Shown: piece after piece, positions 25,859 through 38,164 of the stretch | How positions within the stretch are numbered: position 1 is the stretch's first letter | How the letters are laid out: each line of letters starts with the position of its first letter | NCBI GenBank assembly: GCA_010909165.1 | Contig: VJWM01000226.1 | Span: 1-64,000 of the forward strand | Reading direction: 5' to 3' | Length of the DNA: 64,000 nt | Source: Anthoceros angustus | Lineage: Eukaryota > Plantae > Anthocerotophyta | Position numbers and translations under genes: made by a program | Notes under the pieces: model-generated | Databases searched by the model: none | Seen by the model: the letters and a program-made list of their open reading frames with translations, nothing else | Told to the model about the DNA's origin: nothing

Positions 25859-26038
25859 TGTAATGGCAAGGAAAGCTGCCCCTCTGAGCTCGGGGCATGT
25901 ATTTAACATCCCAGGACTGTTACTCTAAACTTAGCATATGACTCACTACGGTGAACTGTACTTCTGATCCTATCCACACCGTATCTTTCATATGTGTCCT
26001 GTATATGTATCCTATACATATAATATTATATCATTACA
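25859..26038 (-). repeat. 5' LTR of chromovirus (180 bp)
   Basis: TGTAATG...CATTACA; followed on the minus strand by the PBS. Confidence 0.95.
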
Positions 26039-27683
26039 TTCCCACTCTTCGTCATCCACCATGCTCGGTTTCTTCCCATGTCCTCGTCCCCCCTGTTCCA
26101 TTTCCTCTAGCGCTGCTGCCTTCGCAGCTTCTGAAAACCAACCTCATCCGACAGAAATAGCTCCTATCTATTTCGTTCAATTCCTGAACGCAATGCTCCA
26201 ACTCCGCATCCGTCGGGGCTGGGACTTTACACGTCTTGACGTCGTCAACATCAACTCTGGGTTCAGCAACCATGTCGCCCCTCGCCTCTTACCTTCCGCT
26301 GACCGTCTTCGATGAGGAGGCCGCTTCTTCAGGTCGCCGATGTCTGAATGGAGATCGCAGCTGGGTGCGGTGGATGAGCGAGATAGCCCGAGGCCAGTTT
26401 GCCCCCCCATCCTCCCCACCCAGATACGGTCCCTTGTCGTCGACGCTGTCGGGCGACACCGCCCGACTGTGGTGTTCGCTGCGCCTTCATACGTGACTCC
26501 CCCAACAAGCTTCAACTCTCCATACTCCCCATCCTGTGAACCAGTTGTCCACCGCCTTTGTGCCATGCTGAAGGCAATGGCTTCCCTCTTGGGTGAAAGG
26601 AGCCTGGCCATGAGTCCCGACTGTCTGCATTCAAGACTGCTATTTTGAAAAAGCTTGGTTTGCAAAGGCCCAGTAGGTGGTCATTTACTGCTCTTGGTAG
26701 GGACCAGCGTGCTGACTGTGCACTTGCTACTTGCCCATAATCACATCAGTTTTCTGACCACAACCTCGACAGACTTGGGAGCAATTTTCATGTCCCATTG
26801 GTTACGTTGTGCGTTACTCATGATGTATTATATTGCCCAAATGGCGCAGCGCTCTCAATGCGCCCATTACTGCATTTTACCACTAATCATCGTCTTCCAC
26901 TGACCATTCCCACACGACACTTGGGTATTGGCACATTCTGCCATTGGATACTGTGCTTGTTTGTTTGGAAATAATTTAATGCCCACTTGACATACAGGTT
27001 CTGCCCCATCCGTACAGCTACGCAAGCGACATGCCACAAGCTATGTGCCACCGTGCATGGGTTCCTCCTCCCTCCATCCCCTCGCCGGAGTAGGTACGGC
27101 CAGGGCGTCTGTATATAGCTTTTCCATGCAAAGCAACAACCTTAGAGCACTACTAACCAGGAGACTCATGAACTGCCTTCTTATGTGAGTCACCAGGGGC
27201 ACTATCCTGTGCAGCAGCAGTCCCCAACAATTCTTCCAAATGGTGCTCCATGATGTGGAATTCTTGCAGGCAGCCATGATAATGCTCTGTCCACTCTCGT
27301 TCCTGGTCACGTTCCCAGGCATCTGGTTGGACTCCACTAGTGAATGGCCAACCCTTGGCCTACAGCCACTGTGCCGGGACTTGAAGAGAACAAGCAGGAT
27401 TGGGGCGGTCACCACGACCGGCATGTGTTGGTAGAGGCATACATCGTGAAAACGGTGCCCTGAGGGAGGAAAACAAAGTCATAGCATCCGATCCCTACAT
27501 AGCACCACAAAACCAATTGCGGTTAGATGCATGGGAGCGGATCTCGATTACGAAACAAGGCATGCATGTCTGGCGGAGTACATACCGCAGACTTCGTGAT
27601 CGGAGGCTACATTTTGGCTAGTGTAAGAAGGGGCTGGAATCCATTGAGGAGTCTTTTCTTTCTTGAGCGTCAAGCTATGTATG

Positions 27684-28883
27684 TGTGGAATGGGTTTTTG
27701 CATCCGAAGACGCAAAGAGGCCACATTTACCCTCTATGTCGTTATAGTCCTAGGATTCGATCCCAAGGGAATGGTTTTGTGTCAAGATGTTCCAAAACTA
27801 TGGATTCTAGTCCTCCTACAATCGGTTCCTACCAGCCATAATCAACTACCTGTCGACCACGTGGTAAGTTCGACCACCGTAGTGGTGGATTCGACCGCGT
27901 GGTGGATTCGCCCGCCGTGGTGGGTTCCGCCACCGCCGTGGTGGGTTCCGCCACCGCCATGGTGGGTTTGGCCACCGCGGTGGCTGATTCAGCCACTGTG
28001 GTGGGACCCACCCGGCCGGCGCCGCGTGCGTCGACTATTTGGTGCCGGTTCCCCTGCCACGCCGTTAGGGGTTATGGTCCTATGCACAGTTCACATGTAC
28101 ACCAAGTCACACTCATGTGGATTCACACCGAGCTCACCGGTGGATGTACACCATGGCCACGCGTCGCGGCACCTCACTCCGTCGCTAATTTCCTCGACCC
28201 CACAATTTATTCCCAACCTTCCTCGGCGTTCGCATTTTCGGACTCTCGCTCACCACTTCCTAGACTCCTCTTCACTGGCGACTCACTCACCCCTTTCTTC
28301 CGGGACCTCATACACCACCGCACAAGATGTTCCCAGATCCTCCTCTCTCGGGCCACCACAGACCTCTCTTGGGCCACAGACCCCTCCGGGCCACCACAGA
28401 CCTCTCTTGGGCCACACGGACCCTCCTCGGGCCACCACAGACCTCTCTTGGGCCACAGACCCTCCTTGGGATTAGACACAATCTGGTTAGGCAGTGGTTG
28501 GGAAAGGAAAAAAGCAGTGAGTCGGCTCCACAGGCGATTCGCACACCAGCGATCTCACCCGGTCCCTGAGAATTTCCCTCTCGGCATGCATTGAGCACCC
28601 TTCACCACTAGTCACCCAGGGCGGAGCTTGGTCACTCGGCTCTCGACCATCCGAGGATCTCCCGGCCCTCTTGTGGCGAGAGGGACACCATCGGCCCATC
28701 ATCGATCGGATGTCTCCAACCAACCACGCACAAATTCGACACACGGAGCTCACACACAATTAAGAGAGACACTCAAGGGTCTCTTATACATCGGCAGCCT
28801 CATAGCTCACTTTCCCGGTGTCTAAAGATGGCTAACCTACCTCCGGTCTAAAGATGGCTAACCTACCATGAGCGCGCCTACCA
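27684..28883 (+). mobile_element. Second copy of the ~1.1-1.2-kb LTR family (inverted relative to 14421-15479)
   Basis: Starts TGTGGAATGGG and ends GCGCCTACCA, matching both ends of the solo LTR. Contains internal GTGGTGGG and GGGCCACCACAGACCTCTCTT repeats. Flanks GTATG/ATTCG do not form a TSD. Confidence 0.75.
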
Positions 28884-29804
28884 ATTCGGATTTCAGGTTC
28901 ACGCTTCCTAGCACCTTATCCTCTAATCCAAGTGAAAGCCTCGACCTATGATGCGCTCCCTCTAAAATCAGCGCTTGCCTCGGTGGCCGCCTAGCCTCGG
29001 CCCATGGTGTTCCCTCGCTCTCCTACCACGCCTCGATCGAAGATCCTCCCTTAATATCTCCACCTCACTCCCATGTCAGGGTCCCTTCACTCCTCCTAGG
29101 CGTGATCTCACGCCCCTGCGCGTTTCCTCGCTCCTCATCATTTGGACAGCCAAGCAGCGTTCCTCCATCCATGCTCTAGCCTCCGCCTTGCTCATTTCCT
29201 CGAGCACAACCTGAAGGGTATGCCCGGCCCGTGGACAATCCTCGGCTTCCTCGAACTGAGGGAGTTGCATCCTCCCACCTCGACGGTGGCTTCCCCACCT
29301 TGGGTCCTTCTTCCGCGACGATGGCGGCTCCACCACCGTGGTGGCTGCCATGACGGTGGTGGCTCCACCACCGTGGTGGCTGCTTCCCCAGCGGTGGGCA
29401 CCACTGCGGTGGCTTGCTCTACCTTCTTGATTTTGCCTCTCTTGACCACAGCCCTAGCCTCACCTCTCTCCGCTTATACCTCTCCGCTAGCTTCGAACTT
29501 CTCCAGAGGTGCCGCTCCACTTGTTCCCGGCCCTGGTCGAATGAAGGATCCCCACCTTATATAGACAATTTTTATTCCTAAAATCCCAAGGTCCAAGGAC
29601 CTTCTAGCGGCCTCGATATTCACAGTTCGAGGCCCAAGGACTAATTATTTGTAAAAGTAATATTGTCATGGGCCAAGGACCATTTTAGTATAAAAGGCCT
29701 TGCCTCGGACATTTCCTAAGCACTCCATCACACAAAACATAAGAAAAACAAAAAAAAACATTCAAACCAACAGTCCAGGGGAGGGTTAGTGTACATGTGG
29801 TCTT

Positions 29805-32055
29805 CCACAGTATGCGGCCAAAGGCATCATGTAAATCCTCTGCCAGATTAACAGTTCGTTGGAGGGCGTCACGCTTTTTGTTGTTGGCTCTCAGATTGTC
29901 CGCCGCCTCCTGCACTGCATGCAATTGCGCTTGGACACGAGCAACATGTGCATCTTCTACCTGCAAAGGATAGTACATAATTAGGTCAGGCTCGTGTGAG
30001 TATGAAGTTGATGACTGCTCCACATAACCGCGCCTCCTTGTTATAGCAGATTGCGCCAAGGGCGCTGCTGTGAGCTCCCAAGAGCAATTTTTCTTGCTGC
30101 AAGGTTGCTTGTCTCCTCCTCACCGCACTGACTGGTCTCTTGCTTGACAAGGAGATGAGGTCTTCCACCAGGTTGAGTTTTGATCTTTGTGTGCAACTCT
30201 AGCGTATCCCTACACACGAAAACAAGTGTGCACACGACAACGAGGAAATGCTAACATGTCCACCATGCCACCCAAGAAGACAACATGACAAAGTGCCCAC
30301 AGGTCCAAAAATGTGACAGAATGCCAACATGACTAGCTGCCCATGTGTCCACAATATGACATAATAACAATGGCATCAGCAATTGTTAAGATGTCCACCG
30401 CATGACAACATGACGGCAGGAGAAATGCCCACAGGTGCACAACGTGACATGATGACAGCATGAACAAATGCCCACAAGTGCCCAACGTGACATGATGACA
30501 GCATGAACAAATGCCCACAAGTGCACAAAGTGACATGATGACAGCATGAACAATTGCCCGGTGCTGGCGTGACATGATGGCGGCATGAACAGATGCTCTA
30601 CGGTGCTGGCGTGACACGATGACAGCATGAACAAATGCTTACAGGTGCACAACGTGACATGATGACAGCATGAACAAATGCTGTCACTTCCACCGCGTGA
30701 ATACACGACGACCGAAGAAACTGCCCACACTCCAGGACGTCACCGTATCACCACCCGGCCATGCATGACGGACTGCACAAAGGACGACGACATGACAAGC
30801 ACACACTACATGCAGACATGACAACATGACAAGACACCACTAGGTGTTGATGTGCCCAGTGGCCCCCCTGCCAAACTGCACCAGATAGATGTCGGAATGC
30901 CCATGAGGCCCCTCTCCCTCCCCTCCCCTCCCATGAAGAATCCTCACAATTGAGCTACCGCAAGAGTCTATCTGAATCCACATAAAACACCAAGCTCACA
31001 CACACACGGTTAGCGGTATGAGTGAAGTTTACAAGGCGAGGCTAAGTCAAGACCAGCAAAGAACTTGTCAAGCTTGTTGCTCCTCTATGCAATCAATAAG
31101 AGCAAGCTCACATAAATCAAGCTCAAACATTAAACGTGATGGATGCGAAAACCAGGAACAAACCCTTCCAAAATGAGCAGCTCAAGGCAGTCCTGCAGTC
31201 CTAAGCAAAGCACATGACCTAAGGGTAGCACTCACAATGAATCTTAAACCGCAGAATCTAAAACTATAAGAAAACCCACGACATTTTTGTCTCGGTTCTA
31301 CATCCTCCGCTCGGAGCGCATGGTTTCCTCCTCCTCACCAGCTATGACATCAACCTCCTCTTCGGGAGTATATTCTTGCTCACGCTCCCGTGCATGCAAG
31401 TCCTCCTTTGGGTCTTGCTCTCCACCGTCACCTGTAACCTCATCACGGTGTCCTCGAGTCCGAGGACACCGCCCAACTCTGACCTTCTTGCCCTTCCCTT
31501 GCTCTGACCTCGTCAGGGCCATGTGATCCATGGGTCTCCTTCTCCTTGTGCACTTTCTTATCCTTCTCCATGTCCTCACATTTCTTGTGCTTGGAGGCCT
31601 TTACCTCATTAGTTTTCTACATGCCAGGCGATGGCCACACATGCAACTTTTTCTCAACAAGGATGCCAATGGCCATCAACCTAGGGATCTTTGATTACTA
31701 ACTCGCTTGCCGTATATCTTGAAAACCAAGTCGTCGATGTTTCTCCACTCCTTGTCTGACAGCTTATCTGATCCCTTGCACCCATAAGCATCATTACCTA
31801 TTCCTGTTACCCCAAACCAAAGGGTAAGCACGTCCTGGCCGCCCACTGCCTCCCTCAAACCTTGCTGCAACTTACTTTGGCGAACATCCACTCCTTCCAC
31901 CCGCAAGTTGTAGTCTCCTTCATGCCAGACCAGGTACTGCCACTTTGGCACTGCCTCCAAGGCTCGACTCACACGGTGTGAGCAGCTCAACATGTTTTTG
32001 AGGGCACGCTTTTGATTCCTTGAGATGCCTAGTGTCTCCTCCTCATCAGAGGAAG
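29805..32055 (-). pseudogene. Unknown spliced gene or transposon accessory gene, decapitated by the Copia insertion (ATG at 38165-38163)
   Basis: Rejoining the Copia flanks gives ATG G|CT TCC: MASSDEEETLGISRNQKRALKNMLSC..., in frame with ORF 31676..31993. Acidic and basic segments follow, and an exon-like block lies behind TTTGCAG (VEDAHVARVQAQLH...). Confidence 0.45.
30400..30681. repeat. Minisatellite, ~43-bp unit, ~6.5 copies
   Basis: GTGACATGATGACAGCATGAAC-like cores at 30444, 30487, 30530, 30569, 30611 and 30654. Confidence 0.92.
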
Positions 32056-32239
32056 TGTTAAGTTTAGTAAGAGTTACATAACCCTAGCCAATAGTCAGGC
32101 GAGTTAGGCTAACCTAGCTCGTTAAGCGAGCGATCAGCCCTACGAAGTGCCGGGTCCCCATAAAAGGGCCCCTAACCTATGATTTTCTAATCTTTTCTAA
32201 TACGCTTCCGCTCTTGTCCGCACTATAGGAAAGTTCACA
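32056..32239 (+). repeat. 5' LTR of Copia (184 bp)
   Basis: TGTTAAG...TTCACA; differs from the 3' LTR essentially only by small indels. Confidence 0.95.
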
Positions 32240-32714
32240 TGGTATCGAGCCCAGGCTCCACTAAGGCCTGCGGCCGGAAGGGCGCCATGGCTGGCCCATG
32301 GCGCCCTACCCCTCCCTTGTTCTTTCTTTCTCTCACTCGGATTAGTCCGCAGGATTAGTCCTCTTGTTGCAGGAGGAGAAGAAGGAAAAAAAAACTAGTA
32401 TCCTATGTCTCTAGGATAGGTAGCTTTGTTTTTTCCCTTTCCCCAGCACTGCAGACCATCAAGAAAAAAAAACAACAACAACAAAAAATCTGTATGCAGA
32501 CCGGTCCCCCACTCGGGTACTAATCCATACTAGGGGCGCTTCATAGCGGAGTTTCGATGGGAGCCTCGCTACCGGCCCCTCAGCCCTCCACTTGAGAGCA
32601 ACAATTGCTTTAGTTTTCTACATATCTAGCGACATGCAGGCATGGGCTTAAAAAAAAAAAAATTGTTCATTTCTTCTTTTGTTCCTCGCTGCTTCCCGTC
32701 AGATTGACCCCAAC

Positions 32715-35460
32715 ACGCGAGCGAGGAGGGCCTCATCACGGATCTGCAATAGGCCCTGAGGCCGACCAGGGGCGCCCCCGATCCGTGACTCCCCGGCAAC
32801 TGGGGAGAAGACGCGCCGGAGCACGACCCCCGCAGAATTCACTAGGAGAACCGTTTCTCCTCCAGCATCTTTGGAGGCAATCCAACAATTACAAGCTGGC
32901 GAGGCGGGCGCCGCATCGATCCCTCGCCTCGGCCACCGGATGGAGGAATTCCCGGCCCGAACTGGCGCGGGCGGGCGTGGAGGCGGCGGCGGGCACGCCC
33001 AGATCGACCCGCCGTTGGAGTTGATGGCGCCCTCCCTCATCGGTCTCAGCGGCGCGGGCGGATCTCCCGGGCGAGACCGCCCCAGGCGGTCAGCGGCGAA
33101 GGAGCAGGGGACGAGATCGCAATCCGGAGCGCCATAGGGATCGCGCCACGAGGATCGCAATCCGCCCCCAAACCTTGGGGATTGGGTGCAGCTCGTATTG
33201 AGGCGGGCGCCGATCCCCACAGTGCAAGGCGAGACTGGTGGCGTGTGGCGAGGCGCGAGGCGCGAGGCGCGAGGCGGGCACGAACGGAGGCCCCGAGCGC
33301 CGCGAGGCGAGCCCCGAGAACCGCATGGACGCGTCGAGGGCAGGCCCCGAGCGCCGCGAGGCGCGAGGCGCGAGGCGCGAGGCGCTCTTGGCGGCGCGCG
33401 TTCGGTGCCCGTGGACGGCGGGGGCCGACCGAACCGGTGCCCCCGTGCACCCGTAAGCGGCCAGGCCTTCTGCCCGTCCCTTATCTTTTTATTCTTCCAC
33501 AAAACTCAGACGGACGCGCCAACGGAGATCGAACCCGCGACCTGCTGCTGATAGGCGGAAGCACCAACCACTACAAATTCACTTTGGTTGGAAATGAAAG
33601 GTGTTCCTGTATACTTAAATGGTTTTGATAGAAGTATAAAGGCAAATAACGGCAGCGGCAGAAAGGGATATCTGCAATTCAATAACAATTGATTTCATGT
33701 GGAGGGATGTGGCTGCCGGCAGCAGAGCTCCTATCCAAACTCGGGAGTTAAGCACCCTAGTGCTCGATTAGGGCCAAGACGGGAACCTTGAAGAAGAAGA
33801 AGAAGAAATAAAGGAAGAAAAGAGGAAGCAAGCCCGTGAGCGAAAGGAGAAAGAAAGGGAGGGAGAAACCAACAAAAGAAGAAGAAGAAGACACAACAAG
33901 GGAGAACTCTCACGAAGAAATCAAGAGTAAGCGAGAGGGATACTCACTTCCTCCGAGATATCCTGTCGGCACTTATGGAGGATGGACCCTTGAGCTTGTG
34001 TAACCATGATGGCGTGAGGTGGGCACTCTAGGCTATTACGGCCCCCGACGAGCTCATGGATCGGTCCACCGTCTGCGCCGAATAAGCGGGCGAGGAGGGC
34101 CTCATCACGGATCCGCAATAGGCCCCGAGGCCGACCAGAGGGGCGCCGATCCGTGACTCCCAAGAATCGGGAGAAGACGCCGAGCACGACCGCAGAATTC
34201 ACTAGGAGAACTCCTCCAGCATCTTTGGAGGCAATCCAACAATTGCAAGCGCGGAGGCGCCGATCGATCCCTCCGCCTCGCCACCGGATGGAGGAATTCC
34301 CGGCCCGAACTGGCGCGGGCGGGCGTGGAGGAGCAGCGGCGGGCACGCCCAGATCTGACCCGCCGTTGGAGTTCTGATGGGCGCCCTCCCTCATCGGTCG
34401 AATCCGGCGCAGCGGGCCGGATCTCCCGACGAGACACGCCCACGGGCATCCCAACGCGAGCACGGAGCGCCATAGGATCGCAATCCGGAGCGCCATAGGA
34501 TCGCGCCACAGGGATCGCAATCCGGGGAGCGCCACAGGGATCGCAATCCGGCCCCCAACCTTGGCTGGGATTGGGTGCAGGCTCGTATTGAGGAGCGGGC
34601 GCCCAGATCCCCACAGGTGCAAGGCTGAGACCTGGTTCAGCGCGTGTGGCGGGAGCAGGAGCGGGCACGAACGGAGGCCCCGAGCGCCGCGAGGCCGCGA
34701 GCCCCGAGAACCGCGTGGACGCGTCGAGGGCCTCATCACGGATCGCAATCGAGCGCCAGGATCGCGCCACGAGGATCGCAATCCGAGCGCCGCGAGGCGC
34801 GAGGCGGGCGCGCCTGCTCGGTGCCGTGGACGGCGGGCCGACCGAACCGGTGCCCGTGCACCGTGGCGGCCGCCTTGCCTGCCCCTTATCTTTTATTCTT
34901 CCACAAAACTTCAGACGACGCCAACGGAGATCGAACCCGCGACCTGCTGGCGGAAGCACCAACCACTACAAATTCACTTTGGAAATGAAAGGTGTTCGAT
35001 ACTTAAATGGTTTTGATAGAAGTATAAAGGCACCAGCGAAAGGGATATCCAATTCAATAACAATTGATTTCATGTGGAGGGATGCCGCAGCAGAGCTCCT
35101 ATCCAAACTCGGGAGTTAAGCACCCTAGTGCTCGATTAGGGCCAAGACGGGAACCTTCATCAAGAAAGAAGAAGAAGAAATAAAGGAAGAAAAGAGGAAG
35201 CAAGCCCGTGAGCGAAAGGAGAAAGAAAGGGAGGGAGAAACCAACAAAAGAAGAAAGAAGACACAACAAGGGAGAACTCTCACGAAGAAATCAAGAGTAA
35301 GCAGAGGGATACTCACTTCCTCCGAGATATCCTGTCGGCACTTATGGAGGATGGACCCTTGAGCTGTGGTAACCATGATGGCGTGAGGTGGGCACTCTAG
35401 GCTATTACACCGCCCGCGACGAGCTCATGGATCTGGTCCACCGTCTGCGCCGAATAGCGG
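32715..35460. repeat. Tandem duplication (~1.37-1.40 kb period) in the Copia leader, with GAGGCGC microrepeats
   Basis: GAGATCGAACCCGCGACC at ~33525/34927; CACGAAGAAATCAAGAG at ~33911/35281; CCGTCTGCGCCGAATA at ~34069/35441. Confidence 0.9.
33501..33585 (-). ncRNA. Degenerate tRNA(Asp)-like Pol III cassette, antisense in the Copia leader (second, more deleted copy ~34900-34980)
   Basis: Minus strand reads TAGTGGTTGGTGCTTCCGCCTATCAGCAGCAGGTCGCGGGTTCGATCTCCGTTGGCG: a D-loop/A-box, a pairable T-arm (GCGGG/TCCGT around TTCGATC), CCGCCTATCA resembling plant tRNA-Asp CCGCCTGTCA, and a downstream TTTT. Acceptor and anticodon stems are broken. Confidence 0.45.
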
Positions 35461-35584
35461 AGCCGGAGCCAGAGGGAGCCAGCATCGCCTCCTAGGCCCG
35501 TCTTTTATGACCACAAGTTACAACTCCCTTGTGGACCAGCCGATCCAGCAGTTGAGCTCACTCTCTTTGAACACGCCAACGAGG

Positions 35585-36650
35585 ATGGCCAGCAGGACCT
35601 CGACTTCGACCCCCGGTGCCATACCCATCTTCACCGACCACATCAAGGAGAAAGACCGGTTCAACGGCCAGCATTATCCAGTATGGCGAGTCCGGATGAA
35701 GTCGACCCTCATCGGTTGCGGCGTTTGGAAGATAGTTGACGGCAGCTACCCAAAGCCTGACCCCACTACAACTCCTCCTCCCTCTGCAGCAGATATCGAG
35801 AAGTGGGAATACGTAAATGGAATTGCAGTGGCACTCCTGATCAGCGGACTTGACTCAAGCCTGGTGCCCAGCGTGGAGTTCCTTACGGAGGCTTCTGCCA
35901 TCTGGGACCAGCTATCAAACACGTACAACGTTAACAATGTTCTAACCTTATGCGGTGTGCGGCAGGAATTCAACGCCCTCAAGATGAAGGAGTCGACACG
36001 GTGGCGGCTCACACATCTAAGTTCCGGCAGTTGCGAGGGCGGCTAGCCTCTCTCGGCTCAACGATGGCCGAGGGCCAGCCCGCTCAACTCCTAATGAGTC
36101 TCCGGTTCTTACCATCATTTCGTCACCGGCGTCGATGGCGACCAGCACCACTCAACCTCCTCTCTGACAGTGGAGGACATCATCGGCGCTCTGTATCAGC
36201 AGGAGCAGCGCCGCCTCAGCTCTGCAGGAGGGTCCAAGCCCGATGCAGACAGAGCGCTTTCCACCCGTTTCAAGCTCGGGAGGAATTCGAAGGGCAAGGC
36301 GAATTTCACCCCTAAAGGTGACTCAACCTCTGCGCCTCCTCGCCGAGCCGGGAACTGCAATTGGTGCGGAGCTGCCGGCCATTGGGCACGAGAGTGCCGC
36401 AAGAAAAGAGGCCGGAGAGTCAACGCCGATCAGCAAGTCAGCGGCTTGAGGGAACGCCAACACAAGAAAAGAGGCCGGAGCACTGCGTCGAGGCGGCCGT
36501 TGCGGTTTGAGGGAACGCCAACACGGTGGCAAGGACCGTGAAGATACTTGCGGTTTGCCTCAACACCAGTGCATTAGGATGCGGGGTGGTACGAGCAGTG
36601 GAGCCATCGCCCACATATGCAACGATCATACTCTATTCACCAAGCCGGAC
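35585..36650 (+). CDS. Copia gag-protease, frameshifted
   Basis: FNGQHYPVWRVRMKSTL..VWKIVDG and IWDQLSNTY (Copia gag); zinc knuckle CNWCGAAGHWAREC; protease-like SGAIAHICND at ~36600. Confidence 0.85.
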
Positions 36651-36659
36651 ACTGCACTC

Positions 36660-37962
36660 AAGGAGAGAGTGTTGCCAGTGATGAGCGAGCGAGAACCAGC
36701 ACGCCAATCATGGGACAAAGCACTTGCGAACTTCCTCGAAGGATGGTTGGCGCTTACCTTGGAGCCTGTGCTCCCGTCCGCAAATAGGCGAGAACACGGT
36801 GTCTATGACTCTCAAGGAAGGCGATCTCGAGATGCTTCCTTCAAGGGAGTCATGTCACTTTTCGGACAACAAATCGACTTGGGCCTCTTCACGGTGCCTC
36901 AAGGCGGCTTGCAGCTCTCATTCACCGGCGGAGTGGACCCGCCACCCTCTGGTAGCGGCATCCCTGACTGCCGGAGAAGACTTAGCTCGGAGGAGCGCGC
37001 GCCGCGAGCAGTCGCTCCATGGAAGATGGTCTCCACCGGTCGTTACGTCCGACAGAGGAGTCATAGCTTAGGTTATGTTACCCTTAAGAGAGTGTTACTT
37101 GGTGATGAACAGAGCAGAACCAGCCTGCCAATCATGGGACAAAGCACTTGCGAACTTCCTCTGAAGGATGGTTCGGCGCTTACCTTGGAGCCTGTGCTCC
37201 CCGTCCCGCAAATAGGCGAGAACCTGGTGTCTATGACTCAGCTGCTGAAGGAAGGCGATCTCGAGATGCTTGCTTCAAGGGAGTCATGTCACTTTTTCAG
37301 GACAACAAATCCTGACTTGGGCCTCTTCACAGCCGTGCCTCAAGACGGCTTGTGCAGGCTCTCATTCACCGGCGGAGTGGACCCGCCACCCTCTGGTAGC
37401 GGCATCCCTGACTGCCGGAGAAGACTTAGCTCGGAGGAGCGCGCGCCCGCGAGCAGTCGCTCCATGGAAGATGGTCTCCACCGGTCGTTACGTCCGACAG
37501 AGGAGTCATAGCTTAGGTTATGTTACCCTTAAGAGAGTGTTACTTGGTGATGAGCGAGAACCAGCACGCCAATCATGGGACAAAGCACTTGCGAACTTCC
37601 TCTCAAGGATGGTTGGCGCTTACCTTGGAGCCTGTGCTCCCGTCCGCAAATAGGCGAGAACCGGTGTCTATGACTCACCAAGGAAGGCGATCTCGAGATG
37701 CTTCCTTCAAGGGAGTCATGTCACTTTTCGGACAACAAAATCGACTTGGGCCTCTTCACGGTGCCTCAAGACGGCCTGCAGCTCTCATTCACCGGCGGAG
37801 TGGACCCGCCACCCTGTAGCCCGGCATCCCTGACTGCCAGAGAGAAGACTTAGCTCGGAGGGCGCGCCACGAGGGTCGCCCATGGAAGATGGTCTCCACC
37901 GGTCGTTACGCCCAAATTTTAAGAGGAGTCATAGCTTAGGTTATGTTACCCTTAAGAGGGAG
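36660..37962. repeat. Tandem triplication (~430-bp period) ending at the PPT
   Basis: CCTTGGAGCCTGTGCTCCCGTCCG at ~36757, ~37183 and ~37623; each unit ends in CCCTTAAGAG(A/GG)AGTGTTA. Confidence 0.9.
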
Positions 37963-38156
37963 TGTTAAGTTTAGTAAGAGTTACATAACCCTAGCCAATA
38001 GTCAGGCGAGTTAGGCTAACCTAGCTCGTTAAGCGAACAGTCGCAGCCCTACGAAGGGGTGCTCGGGTCCCCTATAAAAGGGCCCCTAACCTATGATTTT
38101 TCTAATCTTTTCTAATACACGCTTCCGCTCTTGTCCGCACTATAGGAAAGTTCACA
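37963..38156 (+). repeat. 3' LTR of Copia (194 bp)
   Basis: Preceded by the PPT; TG...CA; followed by TSD GGAAG. Confidence 0.95.
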
Positions 38157-38164
38157 GGAAGCCA

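Larger units (their letters stand above)
18672..26038 (-). mobile_element. Full-length Ty3/Gypsy chromovirus LTR retrotransposon
   Basis: Paired LTRs, TSD TTCCC at 18667-18671 and 26039-26043, iMet PBS, and gag-PR-RT-RH-IN-chromodomain order. Confidence 0.97.
18373..26273 (-). pseudogene. Unknown ORF split by the chromovirus insertion (segments ~26273-26039 and 18671-18373)
   Basis: Removing the element and one TSD gives the in-frame read ...KKPSMVDDEEWE|DALAWARMELKRNGKFELSKYE..., continuous with ORF 18373..18645. Confidence 0.6.
32056..38156 (+). mobile_element. Non-autonomous Ty1/Copia LTR retrotransposon (gag and protease only)
   Basis: Paired LTRs, TSD GGAAG (32051-32055, 38157-38161), PBS TGGTATCGAGC (32240-32250) and PPT AAGAGGGAG (37954-37962). 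No integrase, RT or RNase H is recognisable inside. Confidence 0.93.

Noticed and set aside
27663-28475. 270-aa ORF with WWVPPPP repeats
   Set aside because: It arises from internal GTGGTGGG repeats of the LTR copy; the other LTR copy does not keep the frame.
27684-28883. Second solo LTR with TSD, or the end of a full element
   Set aside because: The flanks do not match, and no PBS or PPT is adjacent; it is kept only as an LTR-family copy.
29609-29634. 8-bp hairpin GGCCTCGA-N10-TCGAGGCC with nearby CCAAGGAC motifs as a terminator or element end
   Set aside because: Too short and no partner end was found; it could be chance.
32699-35119. Long Arg/Ala/Gly-rich ORFs in the Copia leader
   Set aside because: Low-complexity products of GAGGCGC repeats, open in several frames and not conserved in frame between the two copies.
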